Positions 46,608 to 59,484 of a stretch of 64,000 bases of DNA are shown here, in pieces. Source of the stretch: the human T2T-CHM13v2.0 reference genome, Homo sapiens; assembly GCF_009914755.1 (NCBI RefSeq), contig NC_060935.1; one strand, written 5' to 3'. Both the position numbers and the translations under genes were made by a program. Each line of letters begins with the position of its first letter. The first letter of the stretch is position 1. The notes under the pieces were generated by a model, which saw only the letters and a list, made by a program, of their open reading frames with translations, was not told the origin of the DNA and did no database searches.

Positions 46608-46945
46608 GGCCAGGCGCAGAGGCTCACGCCTGTAATCCCAGCACTTTGGGAGGCTGAGGCGGGCGGATCAGGAGGCCAGGAGATCGAGACCATCCTGGCT
46701 AACACCGTGAAACCCCGTCTCTACTTAAAAAATACAAAAAAAATTAGCTGGGCATGGTGATGGGTGCCTGTAGTCCCAGTTACATGGGAGGCTGAGGCAG
46801 GAGAATGGCGTGAACCCAGGAGGCGGAGCTTGCAGTGAGTGGAGATGCACCACTGCACTCCAGCCTGGGAGACAGAGCGAGACACTGTCTCAGAAAACAA
46901 CAACAACAACAAAACAACAACAACAACAACAACAACAAAATAACA
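46608..46945 (+). mobile_element. AluY with (CAA)n tail
   Basis: gagatcgagaccatcctggctaacac, gaatggcgtgaacc; 13-bp TSD aagagttaatgct (46594-46606, 46946-46958). Confidence 0.95.
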
Positions 46946-47689
46946 AAGAGTTAATGCTGAAGCAGATCTCTGAATTCCGAGGAGCTTGGGGAGCAGCCCA
47001 GCTCCACCCTGTATTAATGAGGGGCCTGGGGCAAGTCTCTAGCCTCAATTTCCTCCTCTGCAAAATGGGGACAGTAACCACCTCACAGGACACAAAAAGG
47101 ACCTAGGACTCGTCACTGGTGGTGATTGCCAGGCTTGTCCTTTGGGGGACTTCACGTCCCCAATCACCTCACTCCCTCTCGCCTTGTCCCCCTACCTTTG
47201 AAAAAAAAATATAAAGACAAGAGCCAGGCAAAGAGTCTCACAGGGGCTGTGAGCTCAGGACCGCACGTCATCCCACTCATCTGAATCTCTAGGGCTGGGA
47301 GCCGGCAATCTTCCTAGGCATATTGATTTGAGAAGCTTCCTCCCAGGATGTATGGTCAAACCACAAAGCGCACACGGGACATGGTGGGTGATAACCCACA
47401 CCAGGCAGAGCCACGACCCTTGCCCCATGCTGCCTGGCAAGAACTGACCCAGCACCCTCTAGAACCCTCTAGAACCCAGGGCTTGGGGTCCCAGTGGAGC
47501 AGCAACATCAGCCCCGCTCCCCACACCAAGCTGCTCCCACAGCCTCTGGCTTCCATGGGGATCTCTCACCTTTGTAGCTTTGGCTGGAGTCTGCTCTCAG
47601 CATCCAAGGGTGCTGCCCACAACCTCGTCCCAATTTTTCATGGAGACCACTGTCCCTCCCCAGGTGCTGGTGGGCAGTATGGGCCCCCC

Positions 47690-48158
47690 CATCCACACAG
47701 TGTCCCCAGGTTCCAGTGGACGGTGTGATCTCCCCAATTCCCACAGTGTCCCCAGGTCCCAGTGGACAGTGTGGCCTCCCCCATCCCCACAGTGTCCCCA
47801 CTTCCTGCTGGATGGTGTGGCCTCCCCATTTCCAGTGTCCCCAAGTCCCAGTGGATAGTGTGGCCTCCCCATTTCCACAGTGTCCCCAGGTCCCGGTGGA
47901 CGGTGTGGCCTCCCCATTTCCACAGTGTCCCCAGGTCCCGGTGGATGGTGTGGCCTCCCCATTTCCACAGTGTCCCCAGGTCCCAGTGGACAGCGTGGCC
48001 TCCCCCATCCCCACAGTGTCCCCAGTTCCTGGTGGATGATGTGGCCTCCCCATTTCCACAGTGTCCCCAGATCCCGGTGGACGGTGTGGCCTCCCCATTT
48101 CCACAGTGTCCCCAGGTCCCAGTGGATGGTGTGGCCTCCCCCATCCCCACAGTGTCCT
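47690..48158. repeat. 45-bp minisatellite, about 10 copies
   Basis: gtgtggcctccccatttccacagtgtccccaggtcccggtggacg variants. Confidence 0.96.
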
Positions 48159-49751
48159 CTGGGCAGGCCTGGGTCAGGCTGCATTCCTGACCCTGAGGTG
48201 TGGAACTCTCTCTCCCTGAGCTTTTGCAGAAACGTGGGGGCAACTTGCTCTCCTTCTGCAGGACTCAAAGGTGGGAGATGCTGGCCTAGAGCAGCCAGAG
48301 GCTTCCTACCGGGTGACGGGGAGAGGGTGCCTGCCCCAGAGTGAGGCCAGCAGAGACCAGACTCACAGAACAACAGAGACCAGCCACTCACTCAGCTGTG
48401 AGCCAGATGCACATAGTCTGTTTGAGGTGATTTCTTCACTGGCTACCAAGAAAAAACAAATAAAAATACATACAAAGCCCACTGGGCTGAGTCCTCCACC
48501 TGGAGAAAGCACTGCAAATGTCACCAGTGTTCAAGGGTCCTCCTCCCCCATCCAGCCCCCATCCCACCACCTTCTGCTGTGCGTCCCACAACCCTGTTCC
48601 CTAGGGGAGTGGTGGGCACAGAAAGCCCTCGGGTCTGTCCTCTTATCTTTTGCAAGCCTAGCTGGCCTCTGCTCCACCCCAGGCCTGGTTCTGGAGCACG
48701 CGTGTAGAAATGGGGCTGGCTGCTACGGCGGGCTTATCTGGGCCTGCAGGGCCGCCTTATCTCCCACAGCTTCTCATTGCCAGTCACTGGTTTATGCTTT
48801 TATGAGTGCAGTTTGCTCCTTCTAGGGAAGCACTGAGCGATCTCTGAAGGTGCCTGGCCATGGGGGCACAGGGTTCCTTCCTCCTAAAGCGCTGGTCCCA
48901 TGCCAGCCCTGGCTCTGCAGCTGCTGTGGGTATCTTGCATGGGTGGGTGCCTGAGTGGAGGCTGTGGTGGTCTCAAGGGGCTTTTGCCAGAAGTGATCAG
49001 AAGAGGAGCCTTCAGGAGGGAAACCCCAGGTGGCCCCCACACCTTCTTTTGTTTGCCCATTTGATCTGCCCCACACCGGACACACTTTGATCTCACCAGC
49101 CCAGTCTCTAAGGTCCTGCCTGAGAGGGTGGGCCAAGTCCTGCACTGGAAGCTGGGAGGCTGGAATCAGATCTTCACACTGTGCCTCCACTGTCCTCTGA
49201 GCCTCAGTTTCCTCACCTGTAACATGAGCAGAAAGTTTGCAGCCACCTCGCCTGGCAGGATGGCCATGGGGAACCACAGGAGGGGAGGGGGCAGCGTCGA
49301 GGGTCCCATGGCCAGCCAGCATGGGCCAACCCATGTGTCACAGTTCATAGAAGGTCTTAGGAGCCTGGTCCCTCCCCCTCCCCCTCCCCCCAGGATGTTT
49401 GTAGGGTGAGGCAACCGGCAGGTGCCTGGTTAAGCCCTGGGGTCTGGAGAGCGGTTTCTAACTCCAGGCCCCTGTGAGCTGCCAAGACCTCCACCTCCTC
49501 CCTAGGGCCCCCGGGGGTCTGTTTGCTCTGTCTGCTTTTGAGAATCAGATTATAATGGGAGCCTGGGTCAGTTTCTGGATTTGTGGCCTCAGGACCTCCC
49601 AGAAGGAGCAGAGCTGAAGGCCAAGAGCCTGGCTCCTGTCCTGTCCTGTCACTTACTGCCCTGTGACCACAGGCAGGTCACTGCACCTCTCTGAGTCACA
49701 GCTTTCTCATCTTCCAAGCGGGGAGAGTCCTTGAAACAGGCTGCAACCATT

Positions 49752-50350
49752 AGATTCATTCATTCAACAAATATTTGCTGAGCATCTACTATGTGCCAGG
49801 CATGTGTGCTGGGGACACAATAGAGATCTAAACAGACAACAAACAAGATATTACTTTTAATGACAAAACTGTTTTGCCATTCATTTTAATGGCAAAAACT
49901 TTTAACAGCCATTACTTTTAATGGCAGAAACTGCAATTATTTTCGCACCAACCTAACACATAAGTAAAATGTATGGTGATGACACAAAGCAGGAAGGTTC
50001 AGTAGGGAATGGAGACAGGCACGTCTGGGGTGGAGGTGGAAACTCAATTTTCAATCGTGTGGCTAGGAAAGGCCTCTCCAAGGCAGGCGACAACTGAGTC
50101 AAGACCCAAAAGAGATGGGAGAGTGAGATGTGGAGATTCTGGGGTCCAGACACAATCACGGCATGAGCTGAGGCCCTGGGACAGGAGCTGGTGTGTGCAG
50201 AGAATGGCAAGGAGGCCAGAGGGACAGAAGGTGAGGGATCAGTACCAGGTCCAGAGAGGAGGTGGAAGGGGCAGGTAACTGGTCATGGTATGTCTTTGGC
50301 TGTGAAGCCAGTGGGATGGAGCCTGGGGGATTCTGAGCCCAAGAAAAACA
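49752..50350 (-). mobile_element. L2 3' region
   Basis: ttcattcattcaacaaatatttgctgagcatctactatgtgccaggca. Confidence 0.8.
49851..49956. mobile_element. Rearranged MADE1 (Hsmar1 MITE)
   Basis: One arm gccattacttttaatggcagaaactgcaattattttcgcaccaacctaa, preceded by partial re-copies of the centre. Confidence 0.85.
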
Positions 50351-50378
50351 GGATGGGTTTATGGGCTAGGCATCTTGC

Positions 50379-50675
50379 TTTTTTTTTTTTTCACACAGGT
50401 GACAACATTCTGTCACCCAAGTTGGAGTGCAGTGGAGGAATCCCAGCTCACTGCAACCTCCACCTCCCAGGCTAAGCCTTCCTCCCACCTCAGCCTCCTG
50501 AGTGGCTGAGACCACAGGTGCACACCACCATGCCCAGCTAATTTTTTTGCACTTTTTGTAAAGAGGGTTTTTGCCATGTTGCCCAGGTTGGTTTCAAACT
50601 CCTGAGCTCAGATGATTCACCCACCTCGGCCTCCCAAACTGCTGGGATTACAGGTGTGAGCCACCACGCCGTGCC
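50379..50675 (-). mobile_element. AluJ
   Basis: Antisense dimer; TSD-like gcatcttgctt flanks. Confidence 0.88.
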
Positions 50676-51381
50676 TAGCATCTTGCTTGAGAGATGAATT
50701 CACCGCTGGGTAGAGTAGACTGAAGGGGCGGGCCAGAAGCAGAGGAAGCAGGCAGGAGGACCCTGCAGCCACTCGGGCCACAGTTGGAGCTCAGAGACTA
50801 GAGGCAGCAAAGAAGGAGGTGGGGCCCAGCGGCTGCACACTGGGCCTCCATGGAGGCCAGAGCAGGTTGGCGGATGGACGTCCATGCTGGGGCTGCAACC
50901 CAGAGGGGACACAGCGTCGAGCCTGCATGGGGGACCAGGCACCATTCTATGCATTTCACATGTCCTAGACTCAGAATCCTTTCTACCAAGAAGGTACTCT
51001 TACCACACTTTCAGGGTGGGGAAACTGAGGCAGGGAGCGGCCACAGAGCTTCAACTTTAGGTTGGGCCCAGCATTCATGCCCCTCAGGGCTCCTGTCCCT
51101 GACAAGGAGCTCCTGGGAGGTAGTTTTCCTTTAAAACACTGCTGAGCACATACCGTATGTGGGGCACTGGGGTGTGTCTCATACAGACCTTTTCTTGTTT
51201 CACCTTCATCCCCACTCTGTGATCTGCAGGGCCGCTCAGTAAGCCCAGAGGCGGACACCAAAACATGAGAAGTATTAAAAAATGTTGTTTTTTAAAAAAT
51301 TCATAAAACACACAAACACCAATGTAGCCGGAACTGACATTATCATGTAACAATATTTTTATCATGAATTTTGTATGGGAG

Positions 51382-51814
51382 GTATAGTGGGTTCAACTAC
51401 ATCCCCCAAAAGATACATCCACCTCTTAACCCCTGGAACCTCAGAAGCTGGCTTTGTTTGGAATCAGGATCTTGCAGATGTAATGAAGGTGAGGATCCCT
51501 AGCTGAGATTCGTCTGGATTAGGGTGGCCCTAAATGCAATGATGTGTGTCCTTATAGGCGAACAGGAGAAGAGACACAGAGACAGGGCACAGGAGAAGGC
51601 AGAGGCTGGAGCATCTCAGCCACGGCCAAGAAACGTCTGTAGCCCCAGGAGCTGGAAGAGGCAGGAATGTCCCTCCCCTAGAACCCTTGGATGGAGCGTG
51701 GCCCTGCCGACACCGTGATCTCAGACTTCTGGCTCCCAGGCTACAAGGGAATGGATTTCTGTTCTAAGCCACCAAGCACGTGGTCATTCGTTACACATCA
51801 CGGGAAACTCATAC
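51382..51814 (+). mobile_element. MLT1 (B/C-like) LTR
   Basis: cccccaaaagata...ctggattagggtggccctaaat...ggccctgccgacaccgtgatctcagacttctgg. Confidence 0.85.
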
Positions 51815-53216
51815 GGGGGGTGTGCACCCAGCAATTTGAGTCTGTGAAGTCTTAACCCAGCTCTGGGTGAGGTGAATATGTTTTACAGGTGCAGGAAACC
51901 GAGGTCTATAGAAAACCAGCACCTTGCAAGCGCCACCATGCTGGTCAGCTCTGATGTGGCCAAGGCTGGTGCCAGGGTGAGGCGAGGGTGACCTGGACTT
52001 TGGAATCCCTCAGCCCTGGGCAGGTCTCTTCATCTCCCCAGGTGGCCACTTAATCATCTGAAAAATAGGGCTAGCCCCGGAGACGGCGGGGAAGTTGCAA
52101 GGAAGGAATCATGGCTGCGCCCCCGCTGGGGGCTGGCCCAAAATTAGTGCTCCAGAGCACTCATAGTCCACCCTGAATAATGATGCTAACTGTAAGCACT
52201 TACTGTGCACGGGGCCAAGCCCCTGACCTGCAGTGGCACAGGTAAGTGTCACAAAAAGTGGACACACGTGCTGTTGGACGCCAGCTCCTCTCTGGGTCAC
52301 CATGAGAGATTCCTGAACCTCAGCTCCCTTGTCAGCGCCCTTCCAGGAGGGAGGGAGGTAGCAGCACTACCCCCATCTAACAGAGGAGGAAACTGAGGCA
52401 CGAGAGATGAAGACACTGCCCACGTCACGCTGCTGGTCAGTGACAGAGTGGGACCGGGTGCAGTTGTCCAGCAGTGCACCTAGATGGGGGAGAGGAGCTT
52501 GGTGAATATTAAAAGAGGTTTTGTCTGGGAACAGAGAGGCGGCTGCTGGGTGACCCCAGCCTCCCATCCAAAGGCGGGCTGTGGGGTGACTGGCTGGACC
52601 TCCTCCAGACCCTCCCATCACACGTGTGCTCAGCCGGCTCAGCCAGCAGCAGGCGCCCACCCACCACGGGCCCCTTCTCTGAGCCAGCGTGCACAGCTTC
52701 CTGGAAGGGACACGGAGCGCACAGATGTGCACAGCAGGTGGCCTGTTCTGCTCTCCCTCCAGCCAGACAGGGCCGGGACCCAGGACTGGCAGGAAGACCT
52801 GGCCAGCCATGGCTGTGAACACTGAGGAAACACTTCCCGGAGCAGCCAGGGCCCTGGGAGCTGGAGTCGATCCCCACATCTGGGCTCCTCCTGGAGCCAA
52901 CCAGGGCTGTCTGGAAGCCTGTAGGGAGATCCACCGAGGTTTCGGGAGAGTCAGTGCCCGCCCACATCCCCTGGCCCCAGGATGAGGCCGTGGCTCCCCA
53001 CAGTCCCTCCCACAGGAGCCTCTCGCCCTCCCACTCACACAGTGTGGCCAGGCATGGTGGCCCAGCCTGCCCTGAACTAAGAGCTTCTGCTCGGTCCCCA
53101 GGGGCCATGGCCCTTCTGTTAGGGGCTGCCGCCCTCCTCTTGCCCACTCCCCACACCCCGGGGTCCCTGCAACAGGCCCCCACCCAAAGGGCCTGAAAGT
53201 CTCCACAATGACATGA

Positions 53217-53234
53217 TGGCCAGCAGAGGGCGCA
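53217..53234 (+). promoter_or_regulatory. CTCF motif
   Basis: TGGCCAGCAGAGGGCGCA. Confidence 0.6.
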
Positions 53235-55289
53235 TGGCCCTGGGGACCTCGACCCCTCTCCAGGGGACACCCTCTCTGGCTTTAATTTCTATTTTAAGGT
53301 GGGCTGTGACTATCATAAGTAGGTGGGGGTGAGACCTCAGCAGCAGTCCCAGCCGAGGGGTCCTGGGGATCCCCAAGTGCTCCTGAGGCCCGGGACAGGC
53401 CCCTCAATGTTGCCAGGAAGTCCCACGGGCCCACGTCTTCCCCTCCAGCTCTGTGGAGCGGGTGCTGTGCCCTCGTTTACTGACAAGGAGGCTGAAGCTC
53501 AGGACTCTTACGGTGACACAGTGAGGGCTGGGTGTCCACCAGACATGGGCCCACAAGACATCCTCAGTGTGGGTGCTGACGGTCACTGAGAAGCCCTGGC
53601 CCAGTGGAGCTTGTGGTGGGACGGAGGGTGGGGGTCAGTGTCTAACCACAGGCCCATCCTAGCAGGACTCCAGCAAAGACACCTTCCATAGGGTTGGGTC
53701 CTTCCCCACCCCTGGGAGTCTTGACCAGTCCCAGGAGAGGCCACTTTCTCCCGACCGGGTCCTTTACCTCTCTGCCACTGTCTCCCTCCTGACAGGGTCC
53801 TTTACCTCTCTGATCCCTCCTGGTAAGGGAAGTAGAATCATTGTCACTGAGGCAGTCAGGAGAGCAGCTCCCCCAACCTTGGCAGAGAAAGGGACAGTCC
53901 CTCACCTGCAATCCTTCTGCCAGCCCTGGCTTGCGTGGTGTCAAGGGACATGAGCTTGGGGAGGCCACTCATTCCTTCTCCCGGACGGAAGATTTGGGTG
54001 GGAGGCACCTCCTAAAAATGACGTTTGGGCAGCAGACATGATGAGGACAGGGCCTTATGAGTCCCCTCCCCAGGACACCTCAAGACCACTCGGCCAGGAA
54101 TGCTGATGTGCCATGCACATTCACTTGGGATCCTGAACCTCCCTCCCAGGTCTGTCCTTCCCCCTGGCCAGCAGAAGCCACCAGGGGCCACTCCTTCCCT
54201 TCCCCTGAGAGGTCAGAAGCAGCGTGTGCTGCGTGAGCCGGCCCGCAGGCTCCGGGCAGGTCCGCCTGGATCTGAGCTCGGCAGTACTGGGTGTCTGCAG
54301 CGAGGGCACACGGGGCCATGAGGGGTTTTCCCCAAATCTGAAAACAGCCCCTTCCGCAGACGGTGCCTGGGAGGGGAGCCAGAGGGAGCAGGTCCAGAAG
54401 GACGGGACATCGCCACCGGCTGGACAGCACTGAGGAGGCCGACGGGAGAGAAGGTCACACCTGACTGAAGCAGAGCTGGCAGCCTGGAGATCCCTGATTC
54501 TCTCCTCCCAAGTGGGGGGACAGGAGGTGGCGGAGGCTGCAGCGGCCCCAGAGAGCAGGGCAGAGCAGAGTGCTGGGCCCAAGCAGGAAGGGTGGGTTTC
54601 ACTCGGGAGCTGCAGGCACCGCGCCTCGCAGGACTCACTTTGACCACAGTGGGAGGATGCATCGGCCCCAGGGAGGCCAATGGGGAGGCCAGCGTGAGCT
54701 CCAGTGGAGGTGCTGGCACCCGGACCTGGGGCTGGGCGCGGGGATGGTGGGAAGCGAGCATTTAGATTTAGGAGGTTGAGTGCCCAGGGTGGGGGTGTTG
54801 GGGGATGTGGCCCTGAAATGCCAGCTGGTTTTGGCTCTGGGCCAGGCCAGGGGCCGAGGGGGGTGGACCCAGGACAAGAGTCCCATGCCCCACCTGGCAT
54901 TCCTGCAGGGGGAGGCCAGGCAGAGAGGTACAGTTTTCTGGCTCCAGTGAAGCGGGGGCCGGCAGTGTCTTCTGCTGGGATGCCATAGAGATGTAAACAG
55001 ACAACTAACAAGATAATTAAGTAAAACGTGTGGCGATGACAACAAACAGGATATTCCATAAGGAATGGGGGCCTTGGGTGAAGGTGGCCCAGAAGGCGAA
55101 GTGGGTTTGGAGGGAGGGTGCTGGTTCCGCTTTGGGAAGACACAGAACTCAGGTTCCAGAGGACACACAGGTGGGACCTCCCAGTGGGCAGTTAGACCAG
55201 CGGACCCCAGCCGGGGGAGCGACCTTCACATCTGCTCTCCCTGCTGTGGCCCTGCTGGGGCCACAGTGTGCACACTGCCATCTGCTGCC

Positions 55290-55315
55290 CACCTAACAGT
55301 GGCCACTGTTAGGTG
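55290..55315. repeat. Perfect 26-bp palindrome
   Basis: CACCTAACAGTGG|CCACTGTTAGGTG. Confidence 0.95.
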
Positions 55316-58300
55316 CCCACTCTGGCCCTTCCCCCTCATCCCCTACTATGTGGAGCCACATCGTCCCAGCCCCAGCACTGGCCCTGAGTCCCCTGGCCTT
55401 GGCCCAGCTGGCCTGGCTAGGACGCCATGTAGGGCAGTGTCTCCTGAGGACGGAACCTGCACTTGGTCACCCTCAGGGATGCCTGGCACACAGTTGGCGC
55501 TCAGTACATGTCCGATGAATGAGAGCCGCTCCGTGGACATGCGGCAGAGGCAGCACATACCGAGCCATCCCCTGGCTGGAACAAGGGCCCGGGTGGGGCG
55601 TGGATCACTTGCCCTGGTGTCCACCCGACTTGACCCCAGGCCTGGCCCAGAGCCAAAACCAGCTGGCATTCCAGGGCCACAGACCCAAGACCCTAAAGTC
55701 CACCCTGGTTGTCTCCATCAAGCATCTCCTGTTTGTCCAGAGCTGTGAGCCCAGGGCAGGTGAAAGAGGCCGAGCCACAGCCCTGCCGTGGGCCCAGTCC
55801 GGTGCACGAGTGGGTCACGCAGCAGAGGGAGAACCGGATGTGGTCTCTAAATGGAGTTATGCGTTGAGGGACTCGGATGGCACCAAGGCACACGGGGGAG
55901 CCGGTGTGGACTCTAGAGCAGGGCGGTGCTGTGCCGAGGAGGGTGCTGTGCTGGAGAGCAGCTCCCTGCCTCCCATGATGGAAACCGAGGCCGGGGCAAT
56001 CCCAGAGGAGGCTGCTGCAGCATTAGGGGACCCGCTGTGGCTCTCACCAACCCGGTGGCCCCCGGGAGGACTCTGGCCTCCGGGCAGGGCTTGTGAGGAG
56101 TGAGAAGACGGGGTGCACACTGCCATCTGCTGCCCATGCAATGGGGCGCACACTCCCAGGCACCACGTGGTAGGACCTGATTCGGATGCAGCTCCTGGGT
56201 TCACAAACTTTGAATTTGGGCTCTGGGAGGAGGTGACTGCTCCCTTCCCTTAGTGATAACAACTTCCAGGGCCCTGCTGGGTGGCCCCTTCGGCTGGTGG
56301 GCTCAAGGGACTGCAGGGAGTGGGTGGGCCACCGGCCATCTTGCTGCCAGCTGGGCCCTGCTCCTGCCCTCACAGAAGCCCCAAGTCACACCTTTCGGGG
56401 TGAGATCCCAGATCCTGCATCTCGGGGCTAGAAAGGGACCCCTCTAAGAAACCCAGCAGGTCCCTGGGACTCCACCCCAACCTCTTGCTTCCTGCCAGGA
56501 GGTAAACCTCAGGCTTTCCTATCCCCAATGTCTGGATAAGGAAACAATCTCAGCTATCTTGTTAGTTGTCTATTTACATCTCTGTTATGTCCCAGAGGTT
56601 CTGCACCTGGGGGGCACTTGCCAGGAGCCAGGCTGGAACCCAGATCCCGGGCCCTGTTGCAGTGCCTGAATTGTGGGCCAACTGCTGCCCGAGACTCCCA
56701 CACAGGCATCCCGAGGCCCACTCACTCACCAGGGGACCTCACAGGATTCCTTGGGACTCGAGGACCCCCAAGAGCCCCATCTCTGGGGCAGGGACTCCCC
56801 AGGGGCCGTGGGACAGCCAGTAGCATCATCGGTTCACTGGGCAGATGGTGACGGCCCACCGCCCCTGAGTGCCCAGGTACTGGGCTAGGCAGAGAAGGCA
56901 GGAGCCTCCCTGAGTCCCTCCTCCTTACGGCCCCACAGTCCTGCCCCACCCCACCCCTGCCAAATGGGACTCTTTGGGGCTGACCCCCAGGGACCCTAGT
57001 TTTTATGATCTCCCACCTAAGTGGGAACATGGGCCAACATGATGGGGCAGGTGTGGCTGGGACCCAGGCCTGGGCTCCCCCAGGCTCCTCCTTGGATCTG
57101 AAGCCAGATCCACCGATGGGAAATAAGCCCTTTGGAGCATGACGTTGCCGGGGAGGGGGTTGTGGGGACAGGAGATGATAAGGCACCCACACTCCGGGGG
57201 TCCACCCTGTAGAAACTCTGAGACCCACCTCTCTGTGACCATCAGGCTCTCCCTGGCCAGAAGCAGGGAGCAGCGTCCAGGCTGGGCCCAGCCCTGCAGC
57301 CCCAAGGCTCTCACTGGGAACACAGGGTCTCAGGCTAAAATAGGTGGAGCCCCTCAGCCGAGCTCAGGAGCCCTTGGGCAGCACTGGGAGCTGCTGGAGC
57401 CAGCGCCTTGTCTTCCCTCTACCTGTCTAGGCCCCAGAAGGCTGCAGCCAGGGAGGGGGCTGGGCATCTTAAGGAGGGCCGGCTCTCTCTAGCAGAGTCC
57501 TGGGAGAAGAGGCCAGGGCCTTCACCGACAGCGCAGCACCTCCAGTTTCCGCGGCACCTCCACGGCCCTCTCGCCTAAGCCTCTCCACCCCTGTGTGGGG
57601 GGCTTGCTGTGGTTCTGCTTTACAGGGGGAGAAACTGAGGGCCCAGAAGGTCAGGCTGCGGCTGAAGGTGCAAGGACTCAAAGGCTGACTCCGGGGTGGG
57701 GACGGGTTTGGAATTTCCTGTTCCTCCTCACCTTTGAGAGGTGTCCTGGCTGGGCTGTGCCAGGCTGGGAAGTGTCTCCGGAGGCTCCACACCCACCCAC
57801 ACCTGGTATTTTTGTTCCCAGGTGGGTCTGATGCCAGGAGGATGTGGTTAAGCTCGAGGCCCTGCTGTCTCCTTCCATGCCCGGGGTCAATGGATCCTTA
57901 TCTGGCAAGATCTTATCTGTGTGTCCTTGACAGACTCTGGAGCAGGCTCCTGGAGGTACCGGGAGGCCCAGGTGGGTAATCACGGGTGCCAAGAAGTGGC
58001 CTGTGGGGGGGGGCCCTCCATCTTGGGACCCAACCCGGGACCCCCCTGCCCCCGAGACTGCTTCTCAACCATGCCTTCCCCTTGCCCTGCTCCTTGCTGC
58101 CTGCTGGGAGGCACAGGCAGTGTACTAGGAAGCCCAAAAGAGAAGCCCAAAGCAGAACAGGGCATCCTCCAGGGCCCAAGGGGAGAGGCTTTGGACCTCA
58201 CTTACACAAACTGGGTGGGAGCTTCCTAGCAGCCAAAGCAAAGAGGAAAGAAGCTGAAGGAAGGTGGAGGTGGTGTAAGAGGTTGGTCTGAGGCATGGAC

Positions 58301-58656
58301 CCCAGGATGCTCCCCAGAAGTTGTCTGAGTCATCCTTTGGACATAGCAGGACTCAGTACATTCATTGAACAAACAAGGCACTAGACACTCATTGCTATAT
58401 TTTTAAGGCCCCTCGTTGAAGTGAATCACAGCCTCGTTCCCAGTCTCCTGGGCTTTCACCCTGCCCCACGGACAGGATGCTGGCTCTTCCCTGTCGCCCC
58501 GCATTGTGACTGGCTGTGTTCCACATGGTGCAAACTTATTCCCAATTGACCCGTGGGGTCTGCTGGAGCCCTAGGGCTGACCACAGGGGCTGCAGGGCAT
58601 GGTTGCCCTGGGAGCCCTGCAGCTCAGGTCCACTTAGCACTTTCTGGAAAAGCAAC

Positions 58657-58674
58657 CGCCTCTAGGGGGCAGCA
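58657..58674 (+). promoter_or_regulatory. CTCF motif
   Basis: CGCCTCTAGGGGGCAGCA. Confidence 0.55.
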
Positions 58675-59484
58675 CAGTGTCACCGGGAAAAGCCGGACGT
58701 GGCTTCGGGGACCTGGGCTTGGATCCAGGATCCAGCCCCTGCCGCTTCAGCAGTGGAGTGATGGGGGCCAAGTCACTTCCACCCCAAGCCTCAGTGTCTC
58801 CCTGCACCCCTCCACCCCCTATAGAGTGGGACTAAGAGTGTTCTGAGCCAGGCTTCCAGTGAGGTGGGGGTGGGGAGGGCAGGACAGACGGGTCAGTGTC
58901 CTCGCTCCTGGCCCCTTTTCACCTCTGATGTTGAAGTTAAACATTCAACAAATTATGAGAAAATAAAGCAACAGTTTAAAAATAGGAGAAAACGTATCCC
59001 AAAAGAATGTTCTATGATTTCCGGCTGGGTCACTCTTGGCAGGCTCCAGCAGGGAGGAGCAGGGCAGGGCTGGGGCATGGCTCAGGGAATGGGGGAGCGC
59101 TCTCCCTAAGACCCCAGCCCCAGCCTCCGCCTTGTCCTCAGGCAGCCAGGAGCAGGCACAGCTGCCTCGCTTCCCCTGGGAGAACGCTGGCTCCTTCAAC
59201 TTCCCCCCGAAAGGCATCCAGAGGCCTCCAGCTGGCCCCCTCCCCTCTTTCCCCCAGCTTTGGGGTCTGGGCAGAGTGAGGCTGGAGTCCACCTTCCGGG
59301 CATTGGGAGTACAGGAAACAGTCCCAAGGGACCTCTTTCACTGAGAAGGCACAGAATCCCTTCCTAGAACGGGATATGTGTTTGTTTCCAACGGCTGCTG
59401 CAATCAATGCCTGCAAACTTACAGGCTGGAAATGGCACAAGTGGATTCTCCTGACAGTTCTGGAAGTCAGAAATGCCGCTCATC

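Noticed and set aside
49851-49956. Possible miR-548-family microRNA
   Set aside because: One MADE1 arm is missing, so the long pre-miRNA hairpin cannot form.
53748-53812. 27-bp near-tandem repeat (and the 19-bp tandem at 25553-25593)
   Set aside because: Ordinary short slippage duplications with no further signal.
54121-55143. 340-aa minus-strand ORF; similarly 11388-12200, 52367-53206 and 61959-62996
   Set aside because: No recognisable domain, P/G/A/S composition expected from GC-rich DNA, mostly non-ATG starts, and several run through repeat-derived or low-complexity sequence.
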